Shown here one piece after another: positions 52,850 through 64,000 of a stretch of 64,000 nt of DNA (its first letter is position 1; each line of letters starts with the position of its first letter). Source of the DNA: Octopus vulgaris. Lineage: Eukaryota. Both the position numbers and the translations under genes were made by a program. The stretch is taken from the NCBI GenBank assembly GCA_951406725.2, contig OX597829.1, forward strand, positions 9,424,001-9,488,000, in the 5' to 3' direction. The notes beneath the pieces are model-generated. The model searched no databases, was not told the origin of the DNA, and saw only the letters and a list, made by a program, of their open reading frames with translations.

Positions 52850-54850
52850 CAAAAAAGATGAATAAACACAGTTACTGATAAATACATGATATTTTTGTAC
52901 CTTTACTCCAGCTCAAGACAAACAGCGTAAACGAACTGGAGGGATCTTTCAAAGAAGAAAGTAAAAAACAATAGTTTAAACTTTTGTCTTGAAAGCTCAG
53001 AAATAAGTGACGGACTTGCCATCAGAAATGGAGACAGTCTATGAACAAAGTCGAAAAGCTAGAAAAGAAATATTGAACAACCCAGACGATATTGTCAAAG
53101 CTAAACGATATAAAACGTGAACAATGAAGTCAACATACAAAAGAACAAAACCCTACCAGACAAAATAGAACAAGAAGCTGACTTGAAGAACAATAATAGT
53201 CACAAGCTTTTGAAGTCACTCCGTGAAATGGAGGGAAAAGAGCATAAAAAATATAGAGAGTAATGAAAGAAAAATACGGTAATATACAACACAGCTGAGG
53301 TATTTCAATGTTGGAAAGATTATTTCGAACAACTTTTGAGCATATAATTCCTACACAACCTGGTAACACTATCAGAAATCCTGGATAGTCCATCTGTGTT
53401 GGCTACTCATACAGAATAACAAAATGAGTAACAAACAATATCAATAAAAATGGAGATGACTATAATGTCCACCCATATCCTCTGCATAGATGCCGTTAAT
53501 GTTGAACGATAGAAAGTAGGTGAGTATAACTTTAATACATTGCACATAATATTCAACATGGTGTGTAAAATAGAAAAGATATCATTAAATTAGAACACTA
53601 TATGTAAAACCAATACAACAAACATTTCGAACATTACAGGGTGAGTTCATAATGGTCGATACCGAGACAATTGCTCGAAATTTTTCGGTCAGAATGAAAT
53701 GTAAAAACCGTACAGGTAATTGGAGATCTGACAGTGACGCAATCAACGAAATGTTTGCAGCCAGAGAGACAACTGGAAACTGAAAAGGACATCAAATAAC
53801 TTTACAGTTCAAATCTAAATCTGCTTTCGATCCCATCTGGCAGAAATCCCTAAAGAAGATGCTAACAACAATGGGTGCAAAACACTAAACACTGTGAATT
53901 ATAGATACACTATCAAACAATGTGAAGGTGCATGGCTCAGTGGTTAGAGTGTCGTGAGGTTAAGAGTTCGATTACCGGTCCGGGCTATGTATTGTGTTCT
54001 TCAGCGAGACATTTTATTTCATGTTGCTCCAGTTCCCTCAGCTGTAGAAATGAGTTGCGACGTCACAGGTGCCAAGCTGTATCGGTGGCGTGGAATTCTG
54101 CCTCGGACATTTCTAGATGCAATCCCATGGCCCGGGGATCTTTATCCATTACCCTTTAACGAACAATATCAAGTGTTCCGTGAAAGATTAGATAACATAT
54201 TGCTTTAGATTAAGCGAAGATCTGCGACAAGGTTACTTGCCATCCTCATTCTTTCAATATGTTCCAGGCATTTGCCATGGAAGAGCTGAAAGACTTAGTG
54301 AAAGTCTAACAACTGCTGCCTCCATTTTCATAGGTATTAGATATGCAGATGATGCAGCAGTAACCTGTCTGATCTTTACGAAATAAAGATGTCCACTAAA
54401 CAGATGAAACATGCGAAAGAAAAACAGGCTAAGGAAAAACAATTGTAAGAAGTACTTGATACTGTCAACTTGTATGAAAATTATCACAACAGATGGATTC
54501 ATAGTAGAGTATATATCAGATTATTTCGTACCAATATAGACCCGAATGAAACTACTGCGCGGAAGCAAGGATACTAAAATATGAGTACAAGAGATTTCTG
54601 AAATGCGGTGCTTACGACCTATAATAAAGAATATCATTAGAGCCGTAGAGATATTTTAATGAATTTTTAAAAAAAGTCCTTTTTACATAATTGTTACAAT
54701 TAGTGATATAATACGGAAGACTGAAATGATTCGATAATATATTAATATCAATAGACAACCAAAGAGACCTTCGCAGAGATTTTTAAGACATTCAACAAGA
54801 CGGAATGTTAGAATTAGGCCAATTTCCTTAGAAAGACGTTCGTTGCAAAT
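52850..54850 (+). mobile_element. Old, heavily decayed LINE ORF2, interrupted by a SINE
   Basis: LKSAFDPIWQKSLKKML (~53815), LRQG (~54225), IRYADD (~54335) and GRLK*F (~54715) occur in order. Confidence 0.6.
53927..54130 (+). mobile_element. tRNA-derived SINE, third family
   Basis: A box tggctcagtggttagag, B box gagttcgattacc, and body ttgtgttcttcagcgagacatttt...ctcagctgtagaaatgagt. Confidence 0.75.
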
Positions 54851-54920
54851 GTTTTTACTCCTGCCCACCCACCAGCTTCAACTCCATACTTTGTCCGATC
54901 ATCGTCAAAGATGTCATTAG

Positions 54921-57491
54921 CCCATTAATGCCCAGCGTATGATTTATCATACACTTTTTTTGTGAGACGAAAATATTCATAAAAAATAATTTCATAAATT
55001 TAGGCATCAAAAACTTTCTGAATATTAAGAATAATAATATATCTAACAATATTTGGCATCAAAGTCATACTTTGAACATTTATACATTGCGCTAGACTCA
55101 TTTCTTTCTGTCAAATTTTGAAGTGAGGAAGAAGTGTTTCCGGTGGTAAGTTGTTTTATCTGAATGCTTTAAATGTTTTGTAATATATTATTTTACTTTT
55201 GTATTTTCTATTAAGTATTTTCTATTAAGAATGCAAACCAAGCATTCTTAGAATCCACGTAAATAAAGTTTCGATTTATTAACGTTTGTTTATGTGCGTA
55301 TGATAAAACATACGCTGTACTTTTCATTCAAAATAAAGATTTTCGGGTTTGGACATAGAATCGTTAATTCTGTAACAATAAGGCAAAAAACTTTAAAACA
55401 ATTGTAAATTAAAATATCTTGCTCTAGAATCTTAAATTTTCTATATCTGTTATTTATTTTTTGCATAAGTGCAAGTGAAATATATATATCAAATTCTTAT
55501 TTCTAGATCGGTGAATATGTCTAAGAGAAAACTTGATGGTGAAAGAGACACTGAAGAAATCCTAAATATAATCGAATCTGGTGATGATACTGAATATTTT
55601 ATTGAGGAAATTGGTAATGCTGATGAGCTTCGACTGATACTTCATCCACCAAATTATTCAGATGAAGATGATGCTTCAAGTGACTGCAAAGAATCTTCAG
55701 TAAATTTGCGAGACATTGGTAGAGATGGGATTAGAGCCTATAGTAAACCTGGTGTTGAGGTTCTCGATGTAGACACGGAGGTGATACTAAGGTCTGCGAA
55801 GAAGCACTGTTCACGTGCAAAGAAAAGTTCTCACAAACGGAATAATAAACCATTGAAACAGTCCCCTGCAAAGTATTATTATGATTCCGGTGTAACTGAA
55901 CTTTCGATTGTAATAAAATTTAGGGACAAGTTTGAGCCAACTGACATCTTCAAGGAGCGCTTCTCTAAAGATAATAGGAATCGTATTTGCAGCACAAAAG
56001 GAAGATTTGCAGTTTACTTTGTCTGTTGAAGATCTTTACAAGTATCTTAGAATTCTTCTATTGTCGGGCTGCAATAAACAACTCTGCAGAGGAATGTAGA
56101 GGGAAACTAGATCCCATTGAAACAATCATGCAATGTCTGGAAGTGCGTTTGAGAAAATACGTCAATATCTGTATTTCAATGACAACAGTAAACTCGATCC
56201 TTGTGATAAAGTCTATAATGTTAGGCCTCTTTTAGATCACCTAAATGATCTTTTTTGCCAATTTGTAGAACCATTTCTCTCTTGCTGAAGCAACGGAGCC
56301 TTATTATGGGCATCATAGCATGAAACAATTCATAAGAAGCAAGCCCATACGCTTTGGTTTCAAGTTTTGGTGCCTTGCCAGACCAGATGGATTCTTAGTG
56401 AAATTCTATCCTTACACAGGTGCAGGAGACAAAATTACAGGTAAAACACTTGCTTCTTCATTTACCGAAAAATTATGTTTAAAATTTGTACCAGTAGGAT
56501 CATGCATTTATATGGAGAACTATTTCACTTCTCTAACTTTCATGGATACCTTATCAAACAATGGTCCCTTTTGTGTTGGGACTATTCGAAATGATAGAAC
56601 AGAAAAATGCACCGCTACAGGATATAAGCAAAGTTGCGCGAGGTATCTGCTATGCAGTTGAGGATAAGGAGAATTAAATTACTCTGTTAAAATGGCATGA
56701 TAATAATCAAGAAAATCTTGCAGCCAATTTGAAAGCTGAGAAGGTTTTTGATGTTGGCAGGTGTAAATGATGGAAAAGAATTTGAGAGAAATAGAGCATC
56801 TGTACCTCAACCAAATATTGTGAAGCTATATAACAAACAAATGGGAAGTATCGATATAATTGATAAAATGAGAGGTCATTATCGAATTAGAATACGATCA
56901 AGAAAATAGTAGAGGCCTTTGTTTAAATTTTGCCTCAATGGAGGCATTGTAAATTTATGGATTCTTTTCCGCTGCATTTAGAGGAATATTTCTCTACAGG
57001 AATTTACAAGGCAAATAGTTACTGCATTGCTTGTTGCACCAGATTTAGAAGAGAAAGGAGTGGTACATCCTAAGACAAGGAAGCAACTTCCGCAAGTGGC
57101 ACGATTTGATAACAGAGACCACCTTGACAACAAAATTGGAACACAAAGGCGATGCACAGCTTGTGGAAAATGCACCAAATTTGTTTGCATCAAATGCAAT
57201 GTAGGCTTACATCCTGACACATTCTTTCTTCATTTTCATCAATAAATAGTATTCCTCTGAGAAATATTATATTTACTTGTCATTAGAAATTTTTGTAAAA
57301 CAAATAGATGAGGCTAAATTTTTTTTTTTACTTTGTCCTTATTTCAAAATTTTAACCCTACATGCCCAGAGTATCATACGGGTCTAAAAACTACTTTATC
57401 ATTATAATATTCACAAAATTTTGTTGTGAACATCTAAAATACATAAAAGTATACAATGTATGCGAATGTAAGAAAAAAATTCATTAATGGG
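54921..57491 (+). mobile_element. Full-length decayed piggyBac transposon
   Basis: ttag|CCCATTAATG ... CATTAATGGG|ttaa gives the TIRs and a TTAA TSD (left copy mutated). A subterminal atgcccag.gtat motif occurs near both ends. Confidence 0.92.
55517..57245 (+). pseudogene. piggyBac transposase (PGBD2/3-like group), multiple stops and frameshifts
   Basis: PYYGHHSMKQFIRSKPIRFGFKFWCL, IYMENYFTS, VGTIR, YNKQMGSID, and C-terminal CTAC...CIKCNVGLH. Confidence 0.92.
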
Positions 57492-57619
57492 TTAATATGC
57501 TCATTGGTTTTGAATTTTCTCCTCTAAAAGCAAAATAGATACGCTTTTACTTTAGAAGTTATCTCCCTTTCTTATTTTGAGCCTACTAATTTAATTGACA
57601 GTATCATTTGTAATCTTTG

Positions 57620-57765
57620 TCGCTACGTTCTGAGTTCAAATTCCGCCGAAGTCGGCTTTGCGTTTCATTCTCTGGGGTCGATGCATTAGGTATCAGTTGT
57701 GTACTGGGGTCAATCTAATCGTGGCTCCCTCTTCAAAAATTTCGGGCCTTGTGCCTAGAGAATAT
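57620..57765 (+). mobile_element. SINE family B fragment
   Basis: acgttctgagttcaaattccgccgaagtcggctttg...ccttgtgcctagag. Confidence 0.8.
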
Positions 57766-57779
57766 CATTTGTAATCTGT

Positions 57780-58152
57780 AATGCTCCGGCCCCACATTTT
57801 AAAACATACGCTAACTTTTGTTTGCCATTATGAAGAATACACTTTCCATGTTGGTAATTCCACATATAAACAGACAAAGGAACTAATTAGAGTAGTTAAG
57901 CTTAACAGGCCTATTTACCATTATATATGGCCGAAATCAGATCGCCATGTTGATTCGCTAGCCTCTGCACGCATTTTGTTCTCTCCTTGTTTCTTTCTGT
58001 GTTTCTTTTCTGTGTATCTTTCTGTTGAAGAGCGTAGGCTCGAACCGTAAAAGACTTGTTTTATTTATATTCCTGAGCGCCATACTAATACAATTGTTTG
58101 TTTGTATTCCACCTGCCTTCGTCTTTTGTTTATTTTCATAAAGCTTCCCGTT
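57780..58152 (+). mobile_element. Penelope-type 3' end with degenerate hammerhead-like motif at 58017-58054
   Basis: TCTTT-CTGTTGA-A-GAGC(gtag)GCTC-GAAC-CG-TA-AAAGA. The terminal ~30 bp recurs inverted at 46140-46172. Confidence 0.55.
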
Positions 58153-58167
58153 ATATATATATATATA

Positions 58168-59443
58168 CGAGGGGCGTTCAATAAGTAATGCCCCTGACCC
58201 ACTTCCAATAGCAGTAGAGCAACGAAACTTGGCACAGTTATTAGTCTTTTTCTACATAGGAACCACCCAGAGTTACACATTTCTCCCATCGTTTGATGCG
58301 GCTCTGGAGACCGTTTTTGTAGAAGAACCCAGCTTGGTCCTCCAACCTCAACGTGACTTCAGAAATCAAGGCTGCATCATCTGGGAAACGCTTTCCTTTC
58401 AAAAATAACTTCATGATTGGGAAGAGGTGAAAATCAGAGGGTGCAAGGTCAGGAAAGTAGCGGGGATGGGGAGGAGTTCATAGCCGCACGCCTGTGCTTC
58501 TGATCTGGCGACAAGCGAGTTGTGGACCGGAGCGTTGTCCTGCAGGAGGAGGATGCTTTGCTGATCTTGCCCCGCCTCTTGATTTTGATAACTTCTCTTA
58601 ATTTCCTCAAAAGTGAAGCATAATAGGCTCCTGCAATTGTGGTACCCTTTGCCAGGAAATCTGTCATTACTACTCCGTCCTGGCCCCAGAAGACTGTGAG
58701 CATGACCTTGCCAGCGGAGGGCTGCACCCTTGCCTTCTTTGGAGGGGGTGAGTCACGGTGACTGGGCTTTGGTCTCTGGATCATCGTGATGGACCCAGGT
58801 TTCATCCTGTGTAATCAGGCTTTTGAAAAATTTTGACTCATCTTCTTGGCACATCACCAAATTCACCCTCATGCACTCGACGCGTTCTTGCTTCTGGAAA
58901 GGCGTGATCAACCTGGGAATCCATCTGGCAGACACCTTTTGCATATGCAAATGGTCATGAATGATAGTTTCCACAGACCCGGTACTAATCTTGACCTCAT
59001 GGGCTATTTGGCGAATAATTATGCGTCGATCTTCCAAAATGGCAGCCTCAACTTGACGGACAGATGCCTCATCAATGGCAGAAGGGGGCGACCAGATCTG
59101 GGAGTTGTTTCCACAGAGTTCCGACCATGTTTGAATTCACGATGCCAGCGTTTTACAAGGTCATATGATGGGGCATCATTACCATAAGTTACTTTCATTT
59201 CATCAAAAGTCTCCCGTGGTGTGCGTCCTTTCAAATACAAAAACCGGATCACTGCTCGACACTCAACTGGCTCCATTTCACACTTGACTCGGTTCAAACA
59301 CCTGTAAATCAGAAACCACAATTAATTCAGAGCTGTAAGTTGCCACTTACTCTATAGAGATATAAATGATTGCACATGCAAAATTTCAGCTAGATCAAAC
59401 AACTGCAAGTGGGTCAGAGGCATTACTTATTGAACGTCCCTCG
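58168..59443 (-). mobile_element. Full-length mariner (DD34D) element, 1276 bp, frameshifted transposase 59276->58241
   Basis: ~35 bp TIRs cgagggg/acgttcaataagtaatgcc.ctgacccactt with TA flanks. Motifs include VKRWHREFKHG, RWIPRL, TQDETW, KVMLTVFW, PDLAPSDFHLFP and GSYVEKD*. Confidence 0.96.
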
Positions 59444-59451
59444 TATATATC

Positions 59452-59518
<67 letters not shown>

Positions 59519-59607
59519 GCATACATATATATATATATATATATAATATAATATAATATAAATAATATATAAATATATGCATATATACATACATATATGT
59601 ACATACC

Positions 59608-59641
<34 letters not shown>

Positions 59642-59645
<4 letters not shown>

Positions 59646-60125
59646 GGTACAGGACATAAAAAAAAACGTCGAATACAGTGAGAAATGAAAACAAAAACAA
59701 AACCATAGAAACGAATTTTTTCGAACAACGACAAAAACAGAGAAACGATACATACAACATAAAGAGTATTCCACTTCATCAGTTGTCCTGTTTCATCTAC
59801 CCCACGATTCAAAGGCAAGGACAAGTCGCGACTTCGTTGAAACAGTTCTAAAGAACGCAAAGCAAATGAAATAAAATTTGGAATTTTTTGCGGAGGGTAA
59901 AAGAGGTAACATGAACAGGACAGTAAGAACAAAACAGTGAAAAGACCAGAACAGTGAGAAGAAAACAGTAAATCGGTGAGGGCTGTGAAGCCGAGACGAT
60001 AGAAAAATTATTCTGAACGAGAGGAAGACGAGCTTAATGAAGGAGACAGTATAGCACGTTTTTTTTCTTTTCGAAGGTTGTGGGGCAGAAAGACAGATTA
60101 ATTTTCGTCACGTGGCAGCGACGAG
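59642..60125 (-). mobile_element. Probable Penelope-type non-coding end
   Basis: Non-simple repeat abutting (AT)n. The minus strand has CTGATGA but no complete ribozyme. Confidence 0.35.
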
Positions 60126-61207
60126 AGAGTTGAGGAGGAGGAGTGAGAGAGAGAGAGAGAGAACAGTGAAGAGGAGAGAAGAAGAATAGGGAAGGGTGGG
60201 AGAGAAAAATAGAAGAAGAACAGGGAAGGGTGGGAGAGAAAAATAGAAGAAGAATAGGGGAAGAATAGAAGAATAATATTGAATAAATTGGAGTCAACAA
60301 GAAGGGGCACGGTTGGACATTCTATGTATGTACTATGTACGATGTATTTATGTATTATGTGTGTTTGTATATATGTATCATGCATGTATGGATGAGTGCA
60401 TATATATATATATATATATATATATGCATGCATGCATGTATGTAATGTGTATCTATGTATGTATGTAAACAACCTAGAGTGCAGCGCGCTTAACATCTGC
60501 TTTTCCTACGCTTTGTTTTCCAGATATGTACATCTGTGTGTGTGCGTGCGTGTTTTGTTTTTCTTTTTTTTTATTTTTGTTCACAGGTAATTGTGTGGTT
60601 TGAAAATATTAAAAATGTAGTGGATAAATTACCATGATTAATAAAGCAAAGCTGTTGTAAACTGTTTAAAGCTTGTCTAACATCATGGCTGACAAAGAAA
60701 AATTAAATGGATGCAGGCTCTGTTTTTGTTTTATTTTATTTATTTATTTACTTATTAATCTATTTATTTATTTATTTAGAAGTGAGGAAGTAAAAATTTT
60801 CTCTACTATTTGTTTTTATTTTTTCTTAGGTTGGCAGAGGTGTTGGGAAAGGGAATGGTAATTCATTGTTTGAGAACAACTGAAGTAAATGACATTCTCA
60901 CGATGATGTAATATTCTCGTGGCGACGAAATTAGCATATACAACATCGATAAATACATAATCTTAGAAATAGAGCACCCGACCCAAAGTCAAAAGATCTT
61001 TTACCAAATATCTACATAATATAATTTGCTCTTCAAGACTGCCACATTAGCCAACTACTCGATGCACAACGTGGTCATTTGTATGTGGGCGTATTTTTTT
61101 TTTCTTTCGTTTTTTGTAGAAACCGAGGTGGATTTTACATTGGTGGTACAATTCGCAAACACCACATCCGTATATATTAACACTTTAAATAACTACTTTT
61201 GCCACCA

Positions 61208-61440
61208 AAGAAAATAATAATAATAATTTGTTTGTTCCTTCTCGAACCACGTCCGGCTCATTAGGGCCGGTTTCCCGGTTTCTTTCACGTGTAGGTTCCA
61301 CACCTGGACGGGACGCCGGTCCGTCGAAAGTGAGCTTAGGTGTTTCGCTCATAAACACACACATCGCCCGGTTTAACATTTGAACTCGCGATCCCTCGAC
61401 CACGAGTCCGCTGCTTTAACCACTAGGCAATGTGCCTCCA
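61208..61440 (-). mobile_element. tRNA-derived SINE
   Basis: Minus strand ggaggcacattgcctagtggttaaagcagcggactcgtggtcgagggatcgcgagttcaaatg (A and B boxes), with tail ...ctaatgagccggacgtggttcgagaaggaacaaacaa. Confidence 0.85.
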
Positions 61441-61441
61441 C

Positions 61442-61495
<54 letters not shown>

Positions 61496-61957
61496 TGTCC
61501 CAATCGATATAAACGTATCTGTCAAGACCTACTAAAAACTGAGCAAATATAAAGATCTTGAAATAGAAATCAGCAAAATGTGGAAGCTGAAGACTAAAAC
61601 AATACCTGTTGTCATAGGTGCCCTGGGAATGATAGCAAAAGGGGCTGATAGCTACCTAACTCAGATACCAGGAAACCCAAAAATGGCAGAAGTTCAAAAG
61701 ATAGTGCTCATGGGAACTGCTCATATCCTACGCAAAATACTCTCTATGTAATCTAAAGGTTTAAAACAAACATAATTTTCGGTTTAAAAAAAAAAAAAAA
61801 ATTTTTTTTTTAGACATTCATTAGTACATCCCCACCCCCCAAATATATGGCACACTAGGCATAACAACAACATGAACTTCCAACCCTGTTGTCTCTTTCG
61901 GTCTCTGGGTGAGACTTGGAGCCAACTTGTACAAATATAAAGCAAAAGTCAAACATA

Positions 61958-61958
<1 letters not shown>
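61496..61958 (+). mobile_element. 5'-truncated R4/Dong-type element in (AAT)n
   Basis: VPIDINVSVKTY*KLSKYKDLEIEISKMWKLKTKTIPVVIGALG...GTAHILRKILSM*; same family as 4785-5162. Confidence 0.88.
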
Positions 61959-63300
<1,342 letters not shown>

Positions 63301-63351
63301 CAGTATATATGGTGTGTGTATATATATATATGTGTGTGTGTGAGTGAGTGT

Positions 63352-63393
<42 letters not shown>

Positions 63394-64000
63394 TATTATT
63401 GTTTTTCTACCAGTAATTACAAATAGAACAGGTTGAATTGCTTCTTTTCAAGGCAGCGCTCTCGGTGGATAGTGGCCACTAGTAGCAGTGAACACATTTG
63501 ACATCTGCTGACCCAAAAGGTTCGAAAATTCCTTTGTTTCTATGGCTGAACTCCACACCATCTGCTGAATCTATTTATAGACCTGTAGAATATGATTCAT
63601 TTACCAAACTGCTACCCAACTAGTTCCTCAAACAATGGTAGTGGTGGTGATGGTGATAATGGATAAAAATAAAAATAATAATAATAATATGCTGCAGCTG
63701 CTAAGGCTAAATACTACTAATAATACTACAATAATAATACTACAATAATAATACTACAACTACTACTATTATGACAGCACAGGAATCTGAGGCCCAACTA
63801 CCACCCTTACAACTACCCCCACCCCTGCTACTTTTGCTATTGCTGCAACCACTGCTACTACTACACATAAAAACAATAATATCAGTGATATCAATGATGA
63901 TAATAATAATAATGAACGGAAACAGGTGGAGCCTCATGGGCTGATTAATAATGATACATCTAGTGTCACAATAAAAACACTGGTTATTGCGCAACCTGAT

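Noticed and set aside
55517-59276. Domesticated PGBD or SETMAR-like host genes
   Set aside because: Both have TIRs/TSDs and multiple frameshifts, so they are dead transposons.
59750-59790. CTGATGA on the minus strand
   Set aside because: No matching stem II-GAAA-UH was found.
53927-61440. tRNA-like A/B boxes at 53927 and 61380-61440
   Set aside because: There is no complete cloverleaf and both run into SINE bodies, so they are SINE heads rather than tRNA genes.
63430-63600. Exon-like unique island with acceptor-like sites on both strands
   Set aside because: All frames hit stops shortly after either acceptor.

Overview
This is a eukaryotic, AT-rich window saturated with microsatellites and made almost entirely of repeats. 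The tRNA-derived SINE families and the microsatellite load point to an octopod cephalopod (inference, not a database hit). No intact host protein-coding gene can be supported, and most listed ORFs are translated microsatellites. Retroelements: R4/Dong-type RLE 3' ends embedded in (AAT)n; a Penelope-like element (RT + GIY-YIG) with a ~950 bp inverted arm plus several other Penelope-type ends; an ORF1-only L1/Tx1-like element with a 13-bp TSD split by a rearrangement; RTE and CR1-type remnants; and an orphan 28S rDNA fragment joined to a 3'-truncated R2 element at its target site. DNA transposons: full-length decayed piggyBac and mariner copies and a maT/Tc1-type remnant. There are also two local tandem duplications. 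The most interesting signal is a set of minimal type I hammerhead ribozymes in different Penelope-type families whose 3-8 core pair covaries (C-G, A-U, G-C). Coordinates were read by eye, and edges of decayed elements are approximate.
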